In this document: in pieces, positions 52,789 to 64,000 of the stretch
How positions within the stretch are numbered: position 1 is the first letter of the stretch
Layout: the number at the start of each line of letters is the position of its first letter
Assembly: GCF_037042905.1 (NCBI RefSeq)
Contig: NC_087263.1
Coordinates: forward strand, 14,944,001 to 15,008,000
Length of the DNA stretch: 64,000 bases
Reading direction: 5' to 3'
Source of the DNA: Lytechinus pictus
Taxonomy: Eukaryota
Position numbers and translations under genes: made by a program
Notes under the pieces: generated by a model
What the model was told of the DNA's origin: nothing
Database searches by the model: none
Seen by the model: only the letters and a program-made list of their open reading frames with translations

Positions 52789-55479
52789 GTCGGTAGAGCA
52801 GGGGTTTCGGATTCTGGTGACCCGGGTTTGTTGGTCTTCTGGTTGCTCGCTTACAAGCATTCATGCTTTCTTTGCAATCAGGTAAAAAAAAATCATCACC
52901 AAATATTTCATATTTGAATGACCAAATAATCTTTTAAGTGATATCCATGTTCAAATTTCAGCAAATGCAACCCCAACAAGCCAGCCATGTTTTTTGAAGT
53001 CTCCAGAAGTTTTACAAGGCTTATAACTTTATAGCAGACGATTGCATGATTTTTTTTTAGTAAAAGTGCACTAGATTTGAGGGTTGCGTGATGTAACAAT
53101 TCTTTTTTTTTGTTGCTTTTTCCACCCCAACTTACAATTCCACGTCTTTTTAACAGGTCGCCTTGGGACTAAGATTACGCTTCAATTTAGAAGATAAGGA
53201 AATTTGAGGAACAGCAATCTAATATGCATCTACCTTGGGAACAAAAATAAAGAAAATAGGAAGAAATTGAGTGGAATGATGAAAATGGAAAAATGTAAAT
53301 CCAATTTTCATGCTCGTTCAGGTAACAAAAATATACTTGAATTTCTAGGGTGCACTTGAGAAAAAATATAAATCCAATAATTGTTGTTCTTGATTTTGCA
53401 TAAAGGAAAATATGAATATCATTTTTTATGTCTACCTCAAAAGAAAATCCACCCACACATTTTTAAAAATGTGACTGTCTTTTATAAACATTACAGCTGA
53501 AATGTGATGCATGGAGAGAAGTAACCGTCATACCACACGTTTCTTGTTCGAAGCGTGACTATTCTAGCACCGTGGATGGCCTTGATCTTTTCCGGTGGCG
53601 CCCACCAGTTTCTCTTGCGGGCCTGACAAAGTTTGATTGCGTAAGGAGCGTTTGAGAATGCAGTGATGGAAACGCCCTAGTAACACTTTACTCACTATGA
53701 ACATAAATGCAGAAGGACTTAAGCTACACTATAAAAATTCTTTCTGCATCTGAGCTGATTGAATGTTACTTTCGAGGAGAAATTTGAGGAGGAAAGGAAG
53801 TGACATTTGTGGAAGCCACTTAGGATAGAATCTAGAGAAGAACAAGAATGGGGAATAAAAGGAAAAAATGGTCGAGTCGGATTCAAAATGGTGAAGAATT
53901 AAGCAACCTGAGATGTACCGTTCCTTGATTAACAGAAAGGTATTAATGTTGTTCTTGATAAACTTTAAAATAAAGAAAAACAACTTTGATATTTGTTATC
54001 CGATTTTGATGACATATTCAGCACTTTGTTCTGTGAATTTTACTCCATTAATTTAGATATAGATATTTTCAGCCCGGACCATTCCTTTGATGTTGTTCTT
54101 GATATATATTTATGGCTCTTCTTGAAGTTCGGTGATAAGTTAAATAGTGATTTACAGAAAGAATACATTCTTGGCAAGAGATATATGTAGCTAATGAGAT
54201 TCAGAAAGCAGAAATTGAATGTTTCTGTGTCAAGAGTAAAAATGTGAATGAAGATACAAAAGAAGAAAAAAAATAAAGAGGAATCTAGAACAAAGTTATC
54301 TATAACTTCATGGTTAACAATTGAAACAACGTTCCAGGTGTTTTCCATAGAGGAATAGGAAACTTTAACCTTCAATTCTTTGAAAATCAAACTATTTTGA
54401 GATGACGATTCTCTCATAATATGAACTACTATTTAAAATCATGGAGTACCTTCTACGACTGTGAATATATGCAGTAATTTTTCTTGGTCCAAGCTACTTT
54501 TGTATGCATTTTCTTCATTCTACCTTTCTACATATAACCTTTTTCTTTGGTTCTGTAGTGTAAAATCAAACAGAAGAAGAATAAAACTGTTCTAATCTTC
54601 TTGCAGCTTTTCCCATTGCATTATGTTGCAGCGATAAGTAAGAAACACACAAGGCTTATCTCATTTCAAAAACCCTAAGCTTTGTCCACAAAAAGGGTTT
54701 TAGAACATGAGTTAACATACAGCTCTCCATTTCCCTATTCATTACAATACAGCAAAATAAGACCCGAAACAGGGACTGAAGCCTTGTCTTCTTCCTAAAC
54801 CCTAAGCTACGTCCACAAAAGGGTTTTTTAGAACATGAGCTAACCAAGAAGCTCCTAAAGGTAACATACAGCCCTCCAGAGCCCGATTCATAATTGTCTG
54901 CCGACATAATCGAATCAAAGAAAATTTTGATTGAGGGGCTGGATGAAGCCGGGGCATATTTCATGGTTGCTTGGTTACCCTCATTAATCTAGGCAGGTGG
55001 TATCTTCCAAGACTTTGATCAATTGAAGAAACGTTGCCAATTTGCGGATGGTGAGCGAGTCACATACAGGAATGCTGTTCGATCTTGAAGGAGCCCTTAC
55101 CAATGACTACTACAGGGGAATGAGCCACAGACATTTGTTGGACCTAGGTTAAATTCAACTTTGAGAAATGTAAAAAAAAACTAAAAAAAACAAGATTTTG
55201 CATAATATGATCTGAAAAATTGGTTCAACTTATGCAATCATTCATTTAGAAAGTTGAATTATGAACTGGTTATTTTTTAATGAATTGCTTTCCATTGTTA
55301 TGATACATTATATCTTCGTGTATGTATTTGAAAGCCATAGCGAACTAGATTCAGGATTATTTAATTTTGAATCTAAAACATCGGCCTACTCAACAACACA
55401 AATTGCACTGATATCATTTTGAGTTTATTTCATTGACAGTGTCTCTAAGCACATCATTACCAGATCATCTGATTCGGAA

Positions 55480-55640
55480 ACATCCACATATGCACATTTT
55501 CCACTCCCTGGGGACTATTTCAGCCAGATCTTACATCTCTATTAAATGTTACAGTATTGAGCAACTAAGCTACAGTAACATTCCCATTTCAAACCTGGGT
55601 GGAGAGTGGCAAATACAGATTCACGCCTTGCAAACTAGGG
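55480..55640 (-). mobile_element. SINE fragment (family of 20143-20508)
   Basis: ccactccctgggga and cctgggtggagagtggcaaa are shared with the full copy. Confidence 0.7.
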
Positions 55641-55673
55641 TGCTAGCAATATCCTGACATATTTCAACTTTAA

Positions 55674-55762
55674 CCCATTGAAGACTGAATGATCTTGTTA
55701 TAATAACACACGTTTTCCTTAAGACTCCAGTTCCCATATAATCATGCTCAGTCTCCGACGGG
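55674..55762. mobile_element. 89-bp piggyBac-like MITE
   Basis: TTAA|CCCATTGAAGACTGA...TCAGTCTCCGACGGG|TTAA. Confidence 0.7.
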
Positions 55763-58702
55763 TTAACATTAGGTCTATATTAAATACATATTTTAAGTAT
55801 GAAACCAAACAGTATCATTTTCAACCTCCTAGCTCTAATCAGGTAAAGTGGTGATACACGCCCACCTAATCTTCTTTACCCCCATAAGATCTTAGCAATA
55901 ATACCACTATCCCATTATCAATAACCATACAAGATACCTGCAAGAGTGTGCATTTCACCACACAATCAACCACCATAGGAATCTCAACAATGCATAACAG
56001 GGCTGATATTCCATACAAAGGAGACACGAAATCTGCAAGCAATTCCCGAAACGTGCATCATTAAGATGACTCCTTAGAGAAGCATAGCTCAATTAATACC
56101 ACAAATCTGCTTCCATTATAATCCAGATCATATCGATGATGCAAAGAATAAATTGATGTTTAATCCATTAGCTTTGTGGAAAGGCAAAGCGTATTGATTC
56201 TCCTCGTGATCCGATGCAGCTTGACATCAAAACTTCCAATATTAGGGTAGGACTGCATTCCGGGAATTCAGTCCAAGACGGTGTTATTATGTGCATCCAT
56301 TTTGATAGACCAGTCCAGTGATTTATTAAGTACCTCTTTTGGAACATCCACTTTTGTTAAAAAGAATCTAGGCATTTCATTCTCACAATGGATAGGCATT
56401 CTGCCACTGAGGAGCAAAGTGGGCTGGCCCTTTTGACAAAAATCAAACAGAGGCAAGTGACAACACATACACACACACAATTGACTCCCCGAAAGCAATA
56501 GACTTAAAACCCCCCACCAGTTTGCTCAAATGCTAGGCTTCTTCTTCAGTCTTTATCAGGTCAGTAGAGTTGAAATCATTCCAAAAATTCTCCCAAATCA
56601 CACTTTATGAAGCTGACAAACCATCATGTCATTTTTAATAATCTTGCATGATCCAAGTCAATATATATTCTACCCGAGAAGACCTTTTCACAATTGTATT
56701 TTAATATGATGCAGGTATGTAACTGACTCTCTGGTGTCTGATGTGAAAGACTACACCTGGCTGGGTGGAATTATATGTCTCAATTTTATTCAATTATGAT
56801 CTGGTATTCGCTCATATATTTGGTTCCTAGAGGCTTTAAATATGATAGCCATCATCAACATTGATATATGAATGAGAGAATAAGGAGACCGTAAGACCCC
56901 CTTCATTCACTTTCTTTCATTCATTCTTCTTTCCTCGCCTTCCTTCTTCTAATTCTCCCTGTAAGTATCATTCATTCACATTTTTCTTAGCCTAGAGGCT
57001 TAAATCAAAATATGATAGCGATCATCAACATTGATGTATGATAGAGGATGAGAAGGCCTAATAAAGATCCCCATCGTTCACTTTCTTTCTCTACCTTCTC
57101 TCCCCTTTCTGATCAACATTTATAAGGTGCCCTTCTCATCCTTTCTCTCCTTGCATTTTTCATTCTCCCTTTCATTCCCCCCTAGCATCCAGTTATGGAG
57201 GGGGGGGGAGGGGGGTATGCTCTAAATTATGAAAAGTTCTAACATTGTTACACAAGAACTAAGTGCAAATGTACATGTACAAATGAGAAATTGAGAACAC
57301 CAAAATGTCCCCTTCTCTTTCTTCTCTTGATCCCTCTCCCCTCCCCCACTCCCCTTTCGTCTCCTTTCGCATAGCAGCAACCAATATTCCTTATAGCGCC
57401 TTTATCTCTATCATCAAGCGACCCAGCATCTCATTTCAACCAGTTTCATTCATACATGTTTTGTGGAAGGGGATGTCAAAGCTAGGTATTTATTAACTTT
57501 CGCCTATGGCCGAAGACAGTAATATATACCTCAAGCTCGATATGAATATAGGGTATACAAACAAAGGAAAGAGCAACCATTAATAAAAACCTAAATGCAA
57601 AGCCACATAGGATAAGGGGTTGTAGACAGGAGAAAGTGAGGGGTGAGATAGAGGGAAATAAAAGAATTCATGGAGAGAAAGCAAAAGAGGAAGATGAAGA
57701 GATAAGGAATGGAAATAAACAGATGGAAAACAATAGGGAGAAATAGGGAGAGAGGGGGACAGACAAAGAGGACCATAAGATAGAGAGAAGATAGATATAC
57801 ATAGAGAAGAAGAGGGAGAAACAGAGAGGGGAGATATGGGGGGGGGGGTCCTGAAAAGTTACTCAAAAGAATTGCCTCCAATACAAACAAATTACAGACC
57901 TGTATATTGCATTATCAAATGATAATAATAATAGGCATTTATATGGCGCCATCTTTATAGAAATATTCTATTCCGAGGTGCAAAAGAAAAAGAAATGATA
58001 GCGTTTCTATCATTTTTGTTTAAAGTCCAATTACAAATATGTTTACAATTTAAACCTATCCTATACACCTCCCTTTCATTCAATACCAATATCTCAAACA
58101 AAGGGAAAAACGAGACTAGTAAGGTATCTCACAAAATAGCGACAATACCACCAAATAATATCCATAATTATGCATAAAGGATTTCTGCAAGCCTGAGTGA
58201 AACCATTATCCTATCATCAGTTTTGACAGTTTTTGGTGTCAGAAGTAATAAATATTTTGGATGGAGTTGTAAATACTCACAGCGGGCCACATTCCAGGTT
58301 AATAAAATATTATATTCGCCTCATAACCAGGTCATAATGGTGTAATTTTCATGGTAGTGAACTTCAATTGCCCTTCAAAGTCAAATACAATCCATATTTA
58401 TGTAAAGTAATCAAAGTTGAAGAAGTTCTGAAAAAACTGAATTTGCTCGGTGAAGTTCTGAGAGCAACAGACACACACCACTATTTTTCGTTTTTTATTT
58501 TAATATTCGTTTTTTTAATAGTTATTTTCAATGAAATGACATAATGCATTCATTTACAATTGCTACTCTCCACACAGGTGTAGTAAATGGGTAAGAGCTA
58601 AAAAAGAAATTCATTGAAAGTTTGAGCACGAGCATCACTAAAGCTACAGTGATAATATGTAACTCTTGAAAACATTTGCATTTACCTCTGTAAGAATGTT
58701 TC

Positions 58703-59168
<466 letters not shown>

Positions 59169-61792
59169 TTCAACTGAACGCAATTGTGATACAATGACTC
59201 TTAAAGTACAAGTATAGGTCACTGTGTATAGAGCTATAAAAATACATGGCAAATCTGTTTGTACAGTTTACATTGTGTTCAGTCAAATATCTTGACTTCT
59301 TTATCACAGTTTTATCAGGTATCTAAACAATTTGACTGATATATGCTATTATCAAGAATAACCTATCATTGTAAGTAAACTAACTTAAAAGTTTATTAGG
59401 GAAGGCTGGTTTACTTTGCAGTATAAAACAAGGTCAAAGATACATGTAGTTCTAGTATTTTAATTTAAAAAAAATTATACAGGCAAATATCATATCATAA
59501 TTAAGGAGTCAGGATTAAAAAGAAACTAATAAAATAAAATAATAATAATAATGATAACAATACTACTACTACTACTAATAATAATAATTTAAAAAGCAAT
59601 TAATCCATTTGAGCATTAAAAAAATGTTAATTGAAAAAGCTATTCATTAATAAATTTTACAAAGTAAATGGACAGAGAAGAGAGGAAAGAGTCCTTTTCC
59701 AACTTTATCTAACAATTTCCCTAAATGAAAATACTATGATTTTAACAAAATAATAAACTTGTAACTTAAAATTGAGAATAAAAGAAAACAATTATTGCTT
59801 ACAGACAAACCTATTGATCACCAAATAAGCCTTAAAAGTAATTGCGCTGTGATAAGGTGAGAGAAAAAAAATAAGAGTTTTCATCTGGATGAAAGGCCAA
59901 GTCCAGGGTAGCCTAATGGATGATCATATCCATGTATCTAAAATTAAATTTGTGTACATTGCTTGGGAATATGAATCTCATCATGAAATTGGTTTCAGTT
60001 CAGCTAAACATAGGAAATTAGAATGCAATTACTTTGGTACAATATATGTTCAAGAGTTATTACATGCAGTTGATGGCTATCAGTAAAGTGTCCTTTGTTT
60101 GTCTAAGTAGGGCTATTCGAAGATGAATTAGACTTTGGATAACCCGTGTATACGATTTCAGAAATCTATCATAAACTTGAGGTCCATTGAAAACAATCCA
60201 ATTACTTGCATCACTATAATCAGTATTATTATCCGTTAAAATTGATATTCATCAATTGACAATAAAATACATTGTAAACGTTGAAAATGTAAATAAAGCA
60301 ATGAATGGTTAATTTTGGGGTTTTTCTCTTTTACAACTCGCTTATAACTTTGACTATATTTAATTTGAAATTCATGCTTTTTATTTTATTAGAAACATTA
60401 AAAAAATACAATCAGTACTGACTGTTTGACAAGTATATCCTACTTTTACAACCCTGCAATTAAATTACAAACCCAATTGTATCAGTCGTGAAAGAATGCG
60501 TTTTTAAAACACTATAAGTTTGTCGTCCGTCAAACTTGTATTGTCACTTAGTATGCAAAACATGAAAAAAAAATACTTCTCTGTGGAGATTTTTCCACTC
60601 AAAACCCACAGAGTAATTCTTCTTACAAGTCCTGCTGAAAAAACTCAGTGCCTCAATGTATGCATATTCCTCAACTACAGATGGCAGCAAACAAGTATCA
60701 CAAGAAAACACCATTGAGGAAATAACAGATTCCCCAGACTTTTTTGTTGGAATATACATCAGTACATTGCTCAAATTTTCGGTTGTATATTTTGTTTCCA
60801 TTTTTGACCAATTAGTGAGTTTATAGACCAAAAATGTGTTGACAAAATTAGAAAAATTTGTGAGACTTTGAAAAGCGACGTTTCCATCTAAATGTTTCAT
60901 CCTCTTGTACATGCCAGCATTTGTATGAAGAACGTCTTTGTATTCAGTACACCAACAAGAAACATCCAAACAATATCAAGACATTCAGACAGAATATACC
61001 CACTGCACAGAAAAGTAACAATGTCACACTTACAACAGATAGACAATACATATCACAAAACAGGAAAGGGATAAAAGGGTCGGTGGGGGGGGGGGGCAAT
61101 AATAAATTTCAAAGTATTCATATGACTTATGAGCAGACAGGTGGAAATTTTTCTAGCATAACTTTAAACAAACGTTAATTAGACAAATATATATGACTGG
61201 GCAAGATACAAGAATGCTTAATTCTGGGAGTTGATTCTGACACCACCACATCTGTAACCCCCCCCCCCCCCCGAAAAAAAAAATGAATGAATGAATAAAT
61301 AAATCAATAAATGAATACATAAATAAATAAATAAAAAGTAGGTGTTCTCTATATGCACATATCATTTAGAGAAGCAATTCCTGAATGGATAGTCCCCCTT
61401 AGGAAATACAAAATCAACAAATCCTTGAAAGACAATTTGCCAACCCAGGGGCTATGTAAGGGGGCTTTTTTATTTATTTATTTATTGTTTTTTTTGGGGG
61501 GCGGGGGGAGATGACATCGATGCAATAGTTATTTTTCTTCTTGAATGGTAGGGGCATTGTACATTTAGCTGACTGTTGACCAAACCTCTTTTTTGATAAT
61601 CTTCTTTATTCACTTTTATTCTACCTTTTCTCTCCTTTTATTCTTCACTACTTGAACAAATGTTATGTTGTTCGAGAACGAACTACATCCGACACTGACC
61701 ATAACAACATTACAAAATCCCCTAGAAATAGGGTAGCATGGGGTAGGGGGTGGGGGTAGCAGGGAAATGAGGAAACAGTCATTTTGACTTAC

Positions 61793-61891
61793 ATTATTGT
61801 TGAGTTGAGATGACAGGTTTCCAACCCGTCCTTGCTCTCTCTCCAGCTCTCTCCTTAGTCTCCTGATTTCAGAAGCTGCTCTGTCCTCGGC
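61793..61891 (-). CDS. NAV: Internal coding exon of neuron navigator, start of coiled coil
   Basis: Acceptor cttttctgtcacaaag| and donor AAT|gtaagt. 99 nt, phase 0-0, encoding AEDRAASEIRRLRRELEREQGRVGNLSSQLNNN, similar to NAV2 'PEEKCQSEIRKLRRELDASQEKVSALTTQLTAN' as recalled. In frame with the upstream exon and too short for the ORF track. Confidence 0.92.
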
Positions 61892-61974
61892 CTTTGTGAC
61901 AGAAAAGTTTCAGAAAAACGGTGACTCTTTTAAAGCCTGTGTAAAACTTTGGCAACTGGTTAATGATGTAAATA

Positions 61975-62175
61975 ATAATACTAGTAATAATAATAGGCAT
62001 TTATATGGCGCCATCTATCTAGAAAAAATCTATTCCGAGGCGCAGTATTTATTATTATTATTACCCCGGCTTTAGCTCGAGCTGCCTTTCAGCACTCTGT
62101 GCATTCAAGGAATTAATCCTGCCTGGTACCCATTCACCTCACCTGGGTTGAGTGCAGCATAATGTGGATAAATTT
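61975..62175 (-). mobile_element. SINE fragment in the short NAV intron
   Basis: ggtacccattcacctcacctgggttgagtgcagca body motif. The end segment ataataataggcatttatatggcgccatct...tattccgagg recurs at ~57920-57983. Confidence 0.65.
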
Positions 62176-62574
62176 ATTTATTGAGTTATGCATCATTTAA
62201 CATTCTAATCTAACTAACTTGTAGTGGCAACTTATTTTTTTTCAAGCATTATTCATTTTGGAAATTTGAATTTAAGGTTTATTAGGGACAAAGCGCCCTC
62301 TCTATTAATAAAGCAATTTTGTTCCTTCATAAATGGCGCTACTAACATTTATTTTACAAATCTAGTGATTGGCTATCAGAAAGTTACAGACAGATTACAT
62401 CTCAAAACTTTCAGTCTATTCCATGCTTAAGAACTGTTTTAATATCAATAACAAACATACATAAACATACATATTTCAATTTGACCTAAAATTGCAAAAT
62501 CATCCAGTTTATTCTTTGAATTTTTTTAAAATTATTATGCTAATAGCCAGAGCAGTAACTACAAATTTTCTTAC

Positions 62575-62779
62575 CGTCGAGTACAGAGATGACGACGTAG
62601 AGACAAGGGATAGAGAGGATCCGGTGAGCTCTTCGGCGCCCTCGTTGCTCAGAACGCCCATGCTGAGGGCAGCCCGCTGGCGTTCGTCCAGCGAAACCGA
62701 TCCGTTGCGTACTCTGTTGGTGAACGGTTGTGTGAAGGCATTGGCGGACATACTATTAGAACGGACCATTGAGGTAGAA
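62575..62779 (-). CDS. NAV: Internal coding exon of a neuron navigator (NAV/unc-53/sickie family) gene
   Basis: Pyrimidine-rich acceptor ...catcag| and donor ACG|gtaag. 205 nt (1 nt + 68 codons) encoding STSMVRSNSM...ELTGSSLSLVSTSSSLYST, which matches the GSSLSLVSSTSSxYST motif I recall from NAV proteins. Confidence 0.9.
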
Positions 62780-63138
62780 CTGATGGTGGTTTTAAAGAAG
62801 CAAAAAAGAAAATAAAGCAAGAAAAAAATGACAAAAATTCTAGCTTTCAAATTATAATAAAAATGCAAACTTCAAAAAAAGTGAACCATTTAATGCAGTA
62901 CTGATCGTCGTTTGTAAAGAAGCGAAATTAATCAAATATAATCATATCAAAGCATCCATACTAGCAACGCATATAGGAAAATGCAAAATAGAGATAAATA
63001 TTTATTTGATATGAGAATAGAGATAACTGATGGAGAAATAGTAAAAGAATTCTGAGAAAGATGTTTTTTCATCTGTATCTAATCATGATTTAACACTGAA
63101 CTGGGGAAAATTGAGCTACACTATCACAATACACACAG

Positions 63139-63450
63139 AGGCTCATCTTCTAAAGTCAGGTTTAATTCAGACCATGGTCTAACTCTGTGCTAAAATTATG
63201 GGAAGCCAAACGTGTCAAAACATTTATTAAGTTGTATGTTTCTTATATTCACTGTGCTCTTTCCGATTCATCGATGGTGAATACAATCGTCTATTTATAC
63301 TTCCTAGCCAATTATGAATGATTTGAGAGCCAAATGAGCTGGAATATTATATCTCTTCTGGTAGTGATTTAGGTAGCAATTGGCTATCCATACTTAAACC
63401 ACAACTTTAAACCTGAGTTTAAGTTAAACCCGACTTCAGAATACGGACCT
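63139..63450. mobile_element. Harbinger-like MITE
   Basis: Imperfect TIR aggctcatcttctaaagtcagg / cccgacttcagaatacggacct. Its right ~110 bp are the reverse complement of 52679-52788. Confidence 0.7.
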
Positions 63451-63872
63451 GAGATTCTAGACTTGAATGCAAGGCATGCACTGCACTACAAAGAAAATCC
63501 AGTGTAGATTTTGGATGGCAACAAAAATGGCATTCAAGTATGTTACAGTGTTAAGCAACTTGACAAAACCTTGAATATACAGTATACAACTTGTTGAAAT
63601 ATTTGTTGAATTATATTTGCCAGATACAATTTTGTTCAGTCGGATAGATCCTCAAATAATACTGCAGTCTTTGAAGGAAAAATTACAGTTACTTGTACAA
63701 TTTTCTTCTTTTTTTATTTTAAGCTGAATTTTGCCTTGAATCATTTTTACTCTATATGATTTTATTGACTGCTGGGTTATGTAGCTAACACATACCAAAT
63801 GACTTTAAGCTAAGACTTGTTACAAGAACAATACGTAGTATAAAGGCAGATGCTACAAAGCCAAATCTCCGA

Positions 63873-64000
63873 CCCTGTTTCATAAAACATGTGATCAATA
63901 GCCAATGCTGTTCCAAGCCAATCAAATGACCCATGTTGGTTACATAGGAATTGATATCTTTAACATTGCCAATAATAATCAATTCCATGAAACAAGGCCC
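63873..64000. mobile_element. Harbinger-like MITE
   Basis: accctgtttcataaa...catgaaacaaggccc inverted termini. Confidence 0.5.

Noticed and set aside
56505..56545. Minus-strand 'AFEQ' as the next NAV exon
   Set aside because: The context (SLAFEQTGGGF then stop) does not match and there is no suitable acceptor.
62492..62815. Plus-strand 107-aa ORF
   Set aside because: Antisense shadow of the NAV exon.

Overview
AT-rich, repeat-rich animal genomic DNA. The repeat types suggest an echinoderm such as a sea urchin (inference). The only confidently coding sequence is two minus-strand exons (62575-62779 and 61793-61891) of a neuron navigator gene (NAV/unc-53/sickie family), recognised by 'GSSLSLVSTSSSLYST|AEDRAASEIRRLRRELE...LSSQLNNN'. 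I could not find the next conserved NAV exon (AHxVxAFEQSL), so positions 1-61792 appear to lie in one intron of at least ~62 kb. That intron carries many non-autonomous DNA transposons (Kolobok-, piggyBac-, Harbinger-, CACTA- and Academ-like, including a 2.8-kb foldback), tRNA-derived SINEs, palindromes and microsatellites. The most interesting signals are a candidate recursive splice site (CAG|GTAAGT at 16031/16030), a candidate alternative phase-0 exon at 12583-12645, and several RFX X-box-like palindromes. All calls were made by eye and superfamily names rest on terminal and TSD signatures only.
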